Part shown: one piece after another, positions 29,001-37,689 of the stretch
Layout: each line of letters starts with the position of its first letter
How positions within the stretch are numbered: the first letter of the stretch is position 1
Assembly: GCA_903865745.1 (NCBI GenBank)
Contig: CAIPKV010000070.1
Span: 99,898-163,897, forward strand
Direction of reading: 5' to 3'
Source: an uncultured Verrucomicrobia subdivision 3 bacterium
Lineage (GTDB): Bacteria; Verrucomicrobiota; Verrucomicrobiia; Limisphaerales; UBA11358
Length of the DNA stretch: 64,000 bases
Position numbers and translations under genes: made by a program
The notes under the pieces: generated by a model
The model's input: only the letters and a program-made list of their open reading frames with translations
Databases searched by the model: none
Told to the model about the DNA's origin: nothing

Positions 29001-30753
29001 AACTGACCGAAACGGTGCCAGCGGCGGTATTGAGGTTGCCGCTCAGCGTGCCCGTCGAAGCCGCGCTGTTGAATAAGGTTTGGCCCGGCGCCAGGTTTAG
29101 GCCGGAGGCTAACCCGGAGGCATCCAAAATGGCGCCATTGGTCACGCTGAGCAAAGCCGAGTTGCTGATGGAACCGCTGCCACTCAGAGCCAGCGTGCCG
29201 GAATTAATGAAAGTCGGGCCGCTGTAGGTGTTGGCTCCGGTCAGGGTCAACGTCCCGGCAGCACGCTTGATAACCACGCCCGAGCCACTGACAGCGGCGC
29301 CAAAGGTTTGCGGGTTTGGGTTGTTGAAAACGAGCGTGGAGTAATTCGTGATATTGCCCGTCACGAGGCCGTTCTTGGTGGCGCCATCCCCGAGTTGCAG
29401 AGTGCCGGCCCAGACCGTCGTCGGCCCGCTGTTGGTGTTGTTGCCGTAAAGCGTTAGCGTGTTGTTATTGGTCTTCACCACCCCCGTCACATAGGTTCCG
29501 GACGTGTTGTCCTGAATCACCCCCGCGATGGCAATGTCGCTGGGCCCGCCAAACACCAACTGCTGACCGGACCCGGTCTGCGCCCCGCCGTATCGGAGGT
29601 TGAAAGGCGAACCCGTGAAGGTCAACAGCCCGGTGCCATTGTTGTAAATGTTGATGACGGCGGCATTGCCATCAAGTTGCTTTGCCGTGCTCACCGCCGG
29701 CCCCGCATAGTTGAAGGTGCAGGGACCGCTGCCGGTATTTTGTCCCATCACCCCAAAAAACGGATAAGATCCGAGGGTGCCAAAGTTGGTCGTCGTCACG
29801 GTGCCGGCATTCCAACCCAACGCGGAAATGATGTTGCCCGGATTGTTCGCCACCAAGGTGCCGCCACCGCTCAACCATAGCTCGCTACCAGAATTCAAGG
29901 CGATGATCTTGCCGTTGATGGTCAGCGTCCCGCCGCTGCCCACACTGGCGATCTGGTCATAGTTGACCCCTGCCACATTGGTGATGTTGACATTCTCGTT
30001 GACCACCGCCGCCGCATTGGCCGGCACGGTAAAAGCGGTATATCCCCCGGTAAGCCCGATCAGATTATTGGTGCCGGTGCCATTGAGATTACCGCCGTTA
30101 GCGCCGAACGTGATGCCAGTGTTGCTGCCAAGAAAATTAGTGGCGTTTTGTGACCCCATATCCAGCGTGCCGCCGTTGATGGTGATGGCGCTGTTGGTCG
30201 CCAGCGCCCCGCTGCCCGATAGGACCAACGTGCCGCCGTTGACCGTCGTCGCCCCGCTATAAGTATTCGCGTTATTGAGCGTCAGCGTGCCCGCGCCGGA
30301 TTTGGTCAGGCCCATACCGGTTCCACTGATAATCCCCAAAGCCGTCAAGGTCTTGGCCGAATTCACATTCCAAGTCTGACTGGCTCCAAGGGTCAGGTTG
30401 TTCGTGATGGCCATATTCACCGTGGATGCCGACATATCGATCCCACTCGCGCCATTGGTCAGTGTGCCCGCGCCGGTGATGGCGATGTCACTCAAGGCTC
30501 CCGAGACGCTGATGCCACCCCACGACTTGGAAGTTCCGAGTGTCAATCCCGCACCCAGCGAGGCGCTGTTCCACAGGGCAATATCGCCGGAACCGGGCGA
30601 GCCGTTGGCTCCCGAACCGCCGGACCAGACCCCGGCGGTGGCTCCGGTAAGATCGGTTCCCGCCCCCGTCTTGGTGGCGTTTGCCGCGCAAACCGATCCC
30701 ATCGTGAGCAGCAACAAAACAAAGGTCGTGGTGAGCAAGCTTATTTTATGCAC
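26008..30753 (-). CDS. Giant surface protein P2: PATR beta-helix fused to a C-terminal SASA-type O-acetylesterase domain plus the conserved tail
   Basis: The first ~450 aa are colinear with P1. Start proposed at GTG 30753 (VHKISLLTTT...) by homology with the P1 start context (aaagaaatctgcgATG versus gaaggaatctgctGTG); the listed ORF extends to 30783. Nt ~26239-27663 encode NHMVLQR...VWGTAEPG...DVWLASGQSNM...GVIWYQGES, the SASA esterase blocks. The protein ends ...SQRFYRWVEMP. Confidence 0.9.
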   Translation of the reverse strand: MHKISLLTTTFVLLLLTMGSVCAANATKTGAGTDLTGATAGVWSGGSGANGSPGSGDIALWNSASLGAGLTLGTSKSWGGISVSGALSDIAITGAGTLTNGASGIDMSASTVNMAITNNLTLGASQTWNVNSAKTLTALGIISGTGMGLTKSGAGTLTLNNANTYSGATTVNGGTLVLSGSGALATNSAITINGGTLDMGSQNATNFLGSNTGITFGANGGNLNGTGTNNLIGLTGGYTAFTVPANAAAVVNENVNITNVAGVNYDQIASVGSGGTLTINGKIIALNSGSELWLSGGGTLVANNPGNIISALGWNAGTVTTTNFGTLGSYPFFGVMGQNTGSGPCTFNYAGPAVSTAKQLDGNAAVINIYNNGTGLLTFTGSPFNLRYGGAQTGSGQQLVFGGPSDIAIAGVIQDNTSGTYVTGVVKTNNNTLTLYGNNTNSGPTTVWAGTLQLGDGATKNGLVTGNITNYSTLVFNNPNPQTFGAAVSGSGVVIKRAAGTLTLTGANTYSGPTFINSGTLALSGSGSISNSALLSVTNGAILDASGLASGLNLAPGQTLFNSAASTGTLSGNLNTAAGTVSVSYSAGQSAFLVTNGTLTLAAATTITVNNTGTALTNGAYKIISKASGGQVGGAVPGVVVTGGGIVGGSTALLQVTNGELFVAVGSNSVVVNLTWTGADAANPTRWNNLQTDTNWFTAQSVADRTHYDDGDQVLFNDANNRQYTVNVATLVSPGWVTVNNSGGNYIFNSSGGGIAGATGLEKDGSGNLTLNLANSFSGATTINGGSVILGNGNALAASLVTVNSDGGLKFSVNAATLGGLAGSGGLALTFNGSSPVTLSVGTNNLNATYDGSLSGPGSLVKQGTGNLALTGTSVLGGATTVAKGGLTVNGALATSALLASGGVLSGAGAINGPVTVQAGGALSPGISGSGQLAINSSLTLAVGSVSAFQLGRNFTNYNNRVAVLNQITYGGTLVVTNPNNISLTAGDVFQLFQASAYSGTFSSSNLPALSNGVKWDLGQLTNNGTIRVVPPWSVPGVFANHMVLQRDMAVPVWGTAEPGQTITVTFGGQTKLATAAPDRSWGVYLDSMPVNTNGQQLSISIAGVTNLSFTNVVVGDVWLASGQSNMYFPVNGNNPNQSVSNAAAETAAANYPLIRHMRVRQTGSLNPAWDATLDWSWTPCSPASVSNLSAAAYFFARTLFQSNSVQGMVVPIGILESSYGGTPMEAWSSVAAMNAIPELQAFATQSLANYFQGLQTSPTFVPGAMFNAMISPLVPFGLRGVIWYQGESLGGSGTMMYRVLFPTMIQDWRSRWQQPNLPFYFVQLPSLVGTDNLWPYTREAQTLTLRTATNTGMAVIFDVDDPNAIHPGNKVDVGTRLAMLSLNHDYGFTNVVPSGPLFRSYAIETNQIRIAFDFVAGGLMTGQKNNLDPVQELPGVSPQWFEIAESNQLYVSATAQIDPNGTVVVSSPSVPNPVFVRYAWKGVPMGTNLYNRAGLPASPFRIPVWTNSLPVSGIQINAGSVQSACAVPNNVTWWVEYNDALGGSAWSPLALPQTGTGAVQTVADSISGHSQRFYRWVEMP

Positions 30754-30825
30754 AGCAGATTCCTTCGTTTGGGATGGTCGCAAGTTGTATTCAAATTAAA
30801 CTTTTTATTTTGTTTCTTTTTATTC

Positions 30826-30859
30826 GGGTGGCGGCGCCAACCCAAAAGCGCCGCCACCC
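30826..30859 (-). terminator. Perfect 12-bp-stem hairpin between the PEP-CTERM gene and P2 (possible terminator or REP; no U-tract)
   Basis: gggtggcggcgc-caacccaaaa-gcgccgccaccc, flanked by an AT-rich stretch (30795-30825) that may hold the P2 promoter. Confidence 0.3.
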
Positions 30860-30949
30860 ACCCCAAACCGGAACCCATGAACCGGTCTTTATGACGGAAA
30901 CCCAAACCCGCCACAGAGTTCTTAAGCAATCTGCCGCCAGCGGTTGAAT

Positions 30950-31594
30950 CTAAACGGGTTGGTTCGTCCGCAGATATCGGCGGAGCGACCCGAATCCCAC
31001 CACGCTCAATCCAAAGATGCCCAACGCCACGTTGATCGGTTCCGGCACCGCCGTGATGTCCAGGCTCCAGCCGTTCAGGGTGCTGGTGTAGCCAGTCGAT
31101 TCATCCGCAAAGAACAAAGTCCAGGTTCCGTTCGGATTTGAGCCGTTGAACGAAGCCAGGCTTCCGCCATCTGGCGTGTAGGACACACCAGACACCGGAT
31201 TCTGCACATTATGAATGCTCCCGCCACTGCCGGTATCACTCAACGTCACGTTGTTGAACCCGGAGGTCGAAAAACCAAACGTGTTCTGAATCGGATCTCC
31301 CGAACCCGTCCCCACCCGGTTCAATAAGGTCACCAGCGTTCCGTTGTAGCTCAAATACGCATACAAATCGCCGTTGTATCCGCCTGACACGTTCAGCGTC
31401 ACGCTCACGCTGGCCAACGAGAGGTTTGCTCCGCTGACCAGAATAGACGAGGTCACCCCAAACGGATTGGCATCCGGTATGGCCAGATTTAGCGAGGTTC
31501 CACTGCCATTGACATTGCCCGCCATGTAGAGTGACGCCTTTGCTGGCAACAACGCGCTCACGGCGAGCATCCCAAGGAGAAAGGGGGTTTTCAT
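30950..31594 (-). CDS. PEP-CTERM sorting-domain protein with a P-domain-like beta-sandwich body
   Basis: Signal peptide MKTPFLLGMLAVSALLPAKA. The C-terminus ...TAVPEPINVALGIFGLSVVGFGSLRRYLR has VPEP, a TM helix and a basic cluster, which is a PEP-CTERM signal. The body GGYNGDLYAYLSYNGTLVTLLNRVG resembles proprotein-convertase P-domain-like modules. Confidence 0.8.
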   Translation of the reverse strand: MKTPFLLGMLAVSALLPAKASLYMAGNVNGSGTSLNLAIPDANPFGVTSSILVSGANLSLASVSVTLNVSGGYNGDLYAYLSYNGTLVTLLNRVGTGSGDPIQNTFGFSTSGFNNVTLSDTGSGGSIHNVQNPVSGVSYTPDGGSLASFNGSNPNGTWTLFFADESTGYTSTLNGWSLDITAVPEPINVALGIFGLSVVGFGSLRRYLRTNQPV

Positions 31595-31632
31595 GGTTCA
31601 GTTTGTGATGAAAGGTTTTGGTTTTTGAACAT

Positions 31633-34600
31633 TTAGGGTTGCGACAGCCGATAGTATTGCTGGTCGTTGGTGGCGTTCGGATCGGTGAACAGCAAGAGGC
31701 CGTTGGTGCCGAATGTGTTGGTGGTGAGCGGCCACCACGGGAATGACAGATTGGTCGTCGTCTGCACAACGGCCTGATAATTCGGGATGCCATAGAAGGT
31801 GATGTTCACCAGGCCATTGGTTGGCTGGCCCATCTGGGCGGGGCCGGCGGCGCTGTAAACATCCACCAGAACATTTGCCGTGGCGGTGCCGCCAAAGCCG
31901 TCGCTCACGGTGTAGGTGAAACTGTCATTGGCATTGCTGTTGGCACCGGTGCTCGGAACATAGAAAATGTTGGCACTGTTGGTCATGATGGTCGCGCCCG
32001 TGCTGCTGGTTCCCAGGCTTTCCAATGTGTTGGTATCGCCGTCCACCCCATCCGTAACATTGGTGAGCAGGTCGGCAATGATGATCTTGAGCGTTGTGCC
32101 CTTGGCCCGGTAGTAAGTTGCGTCCACAGCCACCGGCGGATGGTTGGTGACGATCTGTTCCAGCGTGTTCGTGCTGCCGACATAATTGCCATCACCCAGA
32201 TAGGCCACGGTTAAGACGTTCGTCCCACGCGGCAGATTGGTGATGGAGAGGCTCGTGGCTGAGCCACTACTCACGCTGTTCGTGCTAATCGGCCCATTGG
32301 TGGTGGAGAATACCACGTCGCCCGTGGCAAGCGCCGGCAGCGTCGCGGTGAAGGCAACGGCATCCCTGTAGCCGGAGGGATTGTTGGTGGAGGCCGCTCC
32401 AACCGAAGTGCTGGCCGGACTGATGGTCAACGTGCCGTTGGTGTAGCTGATGGTGTAGTTGGCGGATGTCTGGCCGAGGGGAGTGATGGGGTAACTTCCG
32501 GCATTGGTCGCGCCTTGCGACGAACCATCATAACTCAAACTGCCGCCCAACACCGCCGGGGTTTCGCTGTTCACAAAACCGGAGTAGGTCACGCCGTTGC
32601 CGCCAGCAAACGGCACTCCGCCGTAGGTTATGTTGGTGTTGTTCGCCGTAATGCCGAGCGGAGCCTGGTTCACGGTTTGGGTCAGGCTGTTGGTGCTGGG
32701 CAGATAATTAGCATCGCCAACATAGATGGCACTAATCGTGTGCGACGGCACGGTGAGCAAGCTAGTGACATAGGTGGCCTGACCGCTCGAAAGACTGTTG
32801 GTGGTAACCGGCGTTCCATCCACGCTGAACACCACATTGCTGGTGGCATTCCCGGCCGTCACGCTGTTGGTTTGAATCGCCGCCGTGAACGTCACGGTCT
32901 GGCCATAGGTTGAGGCATTCAACGACGAATCCAAGGCGAGCGTGGTGGGCTGGGTGTTCAAGACTACATGCAGTTTGACGAGACCGCCGCCGGCGATAAT
33001 CGTGCCAGTGGTGTTTGCCGCCAGTCCCGCGCCGCTGATGACGGGCGTGGAGTTGAACGAGCCGCTGCTGCCGGTGGGGTTGTAAGTGATCAAGGTATAA
33101 TCCCCCGCGCCGAGGGCGGAAGGCGTGGCCACTTTCAGCGTATTGTTGTTCAGCGTCAGTGAACCGGTAATCGTGAGCGGCGAACCCTGATTGTTGGTCG
33201 CCAAAGATCCTGAGCCAAAGATGACATTGCCGCCGATCGTGCCGCTGCCGCCCAAGACGCTGCCACTGTTGACCACCGTAACCGAGTTGGTGCCAATCGA
33301 ACCGTTGACCAGCAGTGTCCCGCCGCTCACCGTGGTGACACCGGAGTAGGTGTTGTTTCCCGAGAGTGTCAGGGTGTTAACGTTGGTCTTCACCAGCGCG
33401 GTCAGGAAAGTGTTTGCCGTCGCATCTTGAATCACACCCGTGATGGTGATGTCGCCCGAACCGCCCAAGGTCAAAGTCTGCGGTGTGGCGCTGGACTGCG
33501 ATCCGTAGGGTGAATAAAAAGTGGAACGATTAAAGGTCACCGCCCCGCTGCCGTTGTTCAGAATGGTCGGAGTAAGATCTCCAGAATTGAACAGGATGGC
33601 ATTGGTGGTGGCCGGGCCGGCATAAATAAAAGTGGCCGGCCCGTTGCCGACGACTTGCCCGAGAGTCACAAACCCACCAGTTCCCAAGGTGGCGAAGTTG
33701 GTGCTGATAATGGTGCCACCGGTGTTCCAAACATTGATGGCATAATAGCTGGGGTTGGTATTGTTCAGGGTCAAGCTCCCGCCGCCTTGCAGCCAGAGCG
33801 TCCAGTTTTGCGGGCCTTTGACACTCCCGTTTACGGTTAAGCTGGCACCACTGACGACACTGGCCAGGGCTTCATACCCGCTGTTGGCCAAGTTGGTCAC
33901 CGCAATGTTTTCATTGACCACGGCGTTGCCGTTGGCCGCCACCTGCAGGGCAATCGCGGCACCGCTGGTGCCGACGATGGTGTTGGTGCCGGTGCCGTTG
34001 AGATAACCGCCATTGACGCCGAAACTGATGCCGTTGTTGTTGCCCTGATTATTGGTCGCGTTCTGTGATCCCATGTCGAGCGTTCCGCCGTTGATGGTGA
34101 TAGCGGCGGCGGTTGAGAGCGTGCCGTTATTGGTGAGAGCGAGTGTGCCGCCATTGACGGTGGTCGTGCCAGTGAATGAATTTGTCGTAGTGATTGTCAG
34201 CGTGCCCGCGCCGGACTTCGTTAATGCCGTGCTGCCCGCAATTCCACCGCTGCCGCTGATGGTGTAATTCGCCGTCGGATTGGTGACCGTGACGCTCGCC
34301 GGGCTGATGCTGGAGTTCAACGTGACCGTGCCGCCCGAACCCACTGTGTTGTTAAACACCACGGAGTCGCCATCCACGTAATACGTGCTGGCACTGGCGT
34401 TGTCTTTCCAGATGGTGTTGTTGGCGATGTTGTTGACATCCCAGGTGCCGTTGCCGCCCGTCCAACTCAAGGGTTCGGTGCTGCCGCTGCTTTGCAGATA
34501 CAGCGTGTTGCCCACGATGGCCAGAGTGCCGCCCGCACGGAAGGGTAGCGAGAGCGTCATGCCGTTGGTGGTGGCCGGGCCGCCCGAACCCCACGTCATC

Positions 34601-37470
34601 AAGGGATAGCCGTTGCCCGTGCTGGCGGGCAGGCTGCTGCCGGTGATGATAATTGCGGGTGTGGTGGTGAAGGTGAGCGCTCCCGTCACGTTCAGCGCGG
34701 CGGCCGTCGTGCCCGGCGTGAGGGCACCAAAATTGAATTGCAGGCTGGAACTCACACCGCCGTTATTGACGGTCAGGCTCGAAATGGTCCATTGCTTGGT
34801 GGTATTGGTCACCGTGACGCCAAGGATGGCGGAACTGCCGGTAATGGCTGCCAGCGTCACCGCGCTGTTGGAGCAGGAACCCGCCGTGACGCCAATCAGC
34901 GAGCCGCCTTTGATAGTGGTCGCGCCGCTGTAGGTGCTGTTGCCGTAAAGCGTCAGCGTGTTGGCGTTGGTTTTCACCACGGCCGTCGAATAGGTTCCCG
35001 GCGTGTTGTCCTGCATCACCCCCGCGATCGCCATGTCACTCGTCCCGCCAAACACCAATTGCTGACCTGCCCCGGTCTGCGCCCCGCCATATCGGAGGTT
35101 AAACGGCGACGCCGTGAAGGACACCAGCCCGCCGCCGTTGTTATTGATATTGATGATGGAGGCGTTGCCAATAACGCTCCGGGTCGTGCTCGCCGCCGGC
35201 CCGCCATAATTGAAGGTGCAAGGACCGTTGGCGACGCCTTGTCCCATCTGCGCCAAATAGGGGTAGGAACCCAGCGTGGCGAAGTTGGTCGTGATGAGGG
35301 TGCCGGAATTATAGATGATGGTGTTAAAATTGTTGGCCGCATTATTCAGCGTCAAGGCGCCGCCGCCGGCTAAAAAAAGTCCGCTGGGGTTGTTCAAGGC
35401 CGTGAGAACGCCGTTGATGGTCAGCATTCCGCCGCTGCCGGCATTGACCAGATTGAAATAGCCGGAATTCGCCGTATTGGTGATATTGAGGTTTTCGTTG
35501 ATCACGGCACTGGCGTTGGCCGGCACCGTGAACGCCGTGTAACTGCCGGCGTTTCCCAACATATAATTGGTGCCAGTCCCGTTGAGATTACCGCCGTTGG
35601 CGCCAAAGGTTATGCCGGTGGTGTTGCCCAGATTGTTCGTAGCGTTCTGCGAACCCAGGTCCAGCGTGCCGCCGTTGATGGTAATGGCGGTGTTGGTCGC
35701 CAAGGCACCGCTGCCGGAGAGCGCCAGGGTGCCGCCGTTGACGGTGGTGGCCCCGGTGTAGCTGTTAGCCGCAGTCAAGCTCAGCGTGCCGGCGCCCGAT
35801 TTGCTAAGTCCCCCGGTATTCGTGATGGCTCCGCTCAAAGTCAGGGTCTGAGATGTGGCGACGCCGACGGTGGAGTTGGCGCTCAAATTGACGGGAATGG
35901 AGAATGTGCCGCCCACGTTGTTGGACAGCGTCCCACCACCCAACGTGAGCAAGCCGGAACCCAACGCAGAATTATTGTCGGCCTCCAAAATACCTGCACT
36001 GATCGTGGTGCCACCGGCGTAGGTGTTTGCACCGGAGAAAATCAGCGTGCCGGTTCCGGAATCGGTGAATGAACCGGCACCGGCAATGACGCCACTCAAG
36101 GTCTGCGCGGCGCTGCTGTTGTAAATGAATGAACCTCCATTGGTGATGTTACCCGCGTAAGCGCCGCTACCCAATTGGCCGGCACCGCTGATCATCACCG
36201 TGCCAATATTGGTAATAATCGGACCGGTAAAGGTGTTCGTAGCCGTGAGCACGTTCGTGCCCGCCCCACTGATTGCCGCATTGAAGATGATGGAGTTGGC
36301 TGAACCATTGACAATGGGACCGTTGAGGGTCAGCGTCGAAGTGGATTGCGGGGCAAAGATGCCGGTGGCATTGAGGGTAATTCCGCCAGATACGACCGCA
36401 TTACCATTGGCGCCGGTGTTGTCCGTCCCCAGCACGCCTCCGACCATCACGATCGGTTTAAGCAGTTTCATATTGCTGGCGGATTGTCCGTAAAGTCCCA
36501 GTCGCAGCGTCCCGCCCGAATTGATGTAAATTGAACCCGGCGTGTTGTTGTCCAGCGTGAAGCTTTGAATCATCGCAATGTAACTGCTGTTGATATTGAT
36601 GTTCTGGATGTTCGTCAGCACACTGCCGGTGCCTTGAACATAAAAAGCTGCGGAACCAGCCGCCGTCAAATTATAGCCGCCGCCCGTTAGTGTCGCATTG
36701 CCTGCCGACTCGCCAGAAAGACCCCAGGCTCCGCTGCCGCCGAAGGTGGTGTCTCCAGTGAGGGTGATGTTTCTCAAGGCGTGCGTCTGCGTGCCCCCGC
36801 TGTTGTAGATGGCACCTTTGCCCCCAACTCCCGTGCCCGCAACCGACACGACATAGTTGCTGGTGCCATTATATCCGTTCAAAGAAATGGCATTCACATC
36901 CAGTGTCGCACCGGAAGCAATGGTGATAGCGCTGTTGTTCGGCCCGAAACAATTTGTGGTGCCCGCCTTGAGCGTTCCTCCCGAAACGGTCGTGCCGCCG
37001 CTGTAGGTGTTCGTGGCGGAGAGCGTCAGGATGCCCGCGCCAGCCTTGGTCAAACCTGCCGTGCCAGCCAGAAGATTACTAATGGTTGCAACCTTGCTGC
37101 CGCCCAACGTATTGACCGTGACGGTTGGTGACGCGCCACTCAGAGTCAATGTGGAGGTGGCCGGGGCACCAGGACTCAAAATCCAGCCAGCGGCGCTGCT
37201 GGTGGTGGTGTCGCCAAAGATGAGGGCATTGATACTTTGATTTCCATCCAGCGTGACCGTGGAGTCCGCCGTGATGTCCAGCGTGCTGAAATCAGCGGTG
37301 TCCGTGGCTCCCGGCAGCGCGCCGGTGCTCCAGGGCGGGGTGACGGCGGTGTTCCAACTGCCGGAGGCATCACCTCCGGAAAGCTGGTTCCAAGTGTCGG
37401 TGCCTGCCTGGGATTTTGCCGTGAGCAGCAGGGCGGTGACGGTCAGGGTGGCGGCAATGATTCTTTTCAT
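31633..37470 (-). CDS. Giant surface protein P3: PATR beta-helix with Big_3-like Ig, MBG (YG-type) and cadherin-like/Big_9-like domains and the conserved tail
   Basis: Signal peptide MKRIIAATLTVTALLLTAKSQA at ATG 37470. Dozens of PATR repeats. The C-terminal third has ...YGQTVTFTAAIQT... (Ig-like), ...NTNITYGGVPF...YSGFVNSETPAVLGG...AGSYPI...NYTISYTNGTLTI (MBG-like) and NHPPVAVDATYY...DSFTYTVSDGFGGTATANVLVDV (cadherin-like). The protein ends ...NDQQYYRLSQP. Confidence 0.9.
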   Translation of the reverse strand: MKRIIAATLTVTALLLTAKSQAGTDTWNQLSGGDASGSWNTAVTPPWSTGALPGATDTADFSTLDITADSTVTLDGNQSINALIFGDTTTSSAAGWILSPGAPATSTLTLSGASPTVTVNTLGGSKVATISNLLAGTAGLTKAGAGILTLSATNTYSGGTTVSGGTLKAGTTNCFGPNNSAITIASGATLDVNAISLNGYNGTSNYVVSVAGTGVGGKGAIYNSGGTQTHALRNITLTGDTTFGGSGAWGLSGESAGNATLTGGGYNLTAAGSAAFYVQGTGSVLTNIQNININSSYIAMIQSFTLDNNTPGSIYINSGGTLRLGLYGQSASNMKLLKPIVMVGGVLGTDNTGANGNAVVSGGITLNATGIFAPQSTSTLTLNGPIVNGSANSIIFNAAISGAGTNVLTATNTFTGPIITNIGTVMISGAGQLGSGAYAGNITNGGSFIYNSSAAQTLSGVIAGAGSFTDSGTGTLIFSGANTYAGGTTISAGILEADNNSALGSGLLTLGGGTLSNNVGGTFSIPVNLSANSTVGVATSQTLTLSGAITNTGGLSKSGAGTLSLTAANSYTGATTVNGGTLALSGSGALATNTAITINGGTLDLGSQNATNNLGNTTGITFGANGGNLNGTGTNYMLGNAGSYTAFTVPANASAVINENLNITNTANSGYFNLVNAGSGGMLTINGVLTALNNPSGLFLAGGGALTLNNAANNFNTIIYNSGTLITTNFATLGSYPYLAQMGQGVANGPCTFNYGGPAASTTRSVIGNASIININNNGGGLVSFTASPFNLRYGGAQTGAGQQLVFGGTSDMAIAGVMQDNTPGTYSTAVVKTNANTLTLYGNSTYSGATTIKGGSLIGVTAGSCSNSAVTLAAITGSSAILGVTVTNTTKQWTISSLTVNNGGVSSSLQFNFGALTPGTTAAALNVTGALTFTTTPAIIITGSSLPASTGNGYPLMTWGSGGPATTNGMTLSLPFRAGGTLAIVGNTLYLQSSGSTEPLSWTGGNGTWDVNNIANNTIWKDNASASTYYVDGDSVVFNNTVGSGGTVTLNSSISPASVTVTNPTANYTISGSGGIAGSTALTKSGAGTLTITTTNSFTGTTTVNGGTLALTNNGTLSTAAAITINGGTLDMGSQNATNNQGNNNGISFGVNGGYLNGTGTNTIVGTSGAAIALQVAANGNAVVNENIAVTNLANSGYEALASVVSGASLTVNGSVKGPQNWTLWLQGGGSLTLNNTNPSYYAINVWNTGGTIISTNFATLGTGGFVTLGQVVGNGPATFIYAGPATTNAILFNSGDLTPTILNNGSGAVTFNRSTFYSPYGSQSSATPQTLTLGGSGDITITGVIQDATANTFLTALVKTNVNTLTLSGNNTYSGVTTVSGGTLLVNGSIGTNSVTVVNSGSVLGGSGTIGGNVIFGSGSLATNNQGSPLTITGSLTLNNNTLKVATPSALGAGDYTLITYNPTGSSGSFNSTPVISGAGLAANTTGTIIAGGGLVKLHVVLNTQPTTLALDSSLNASTYGQTVTFTAAIQTNSVTAGNATSNVVFSVDGTPVTTNSLSSGQATYVTSLLTVPSHTISAIYVGDANYLPSTNSLTQTVNQAPLGITANNTNITYGGVPFAGGNGVTYSGFVNSETPAVLGGSLSYDGSSQGATNAGSYPITPLGQTSANYTISYTNGTLTISPASTSVGAASTNNPSGYRDAVAFTATLPALATGDVVFSTTNGPISTNSVSSGSATSLSITNLPRGTNVLTVAYLGDGNYVGSTNTLEQIVTNHPPVAVDATYYRAKGTTLKIIIADLLTNVTDGVDGDTNTLESLGTSSTGATIMTNSANIFYVPSTGANSNANDSFTYTVSDGFGGTATANVLVDVYSAAGPAQMGQPTNGLVNITFYGIPNYQAVVQTTTNLSFPWWPLTTNTFGTNGLLLFTDPNATNDQQYYRLSQP

Positions 37471-37689
37471 GTTTACTGATTCTTCGATTTCGGGTTTTTG
37501 ATACTTACTTGGAACGGGGTCAACTTCACGACAAAGTCGGGTTGCATTGAGAATTGGCGATGCGGGATGGCGCAGGAATTTCAATTCCATTTGGGCTGTG
37601 CCATCCCTTCGGATCGCATCATTTTTTGGATTTATGACAAACCGAGGCGCAAGCGGGTGGCCTGCGCCCCGGTGAATTTCAGTTCCAGT

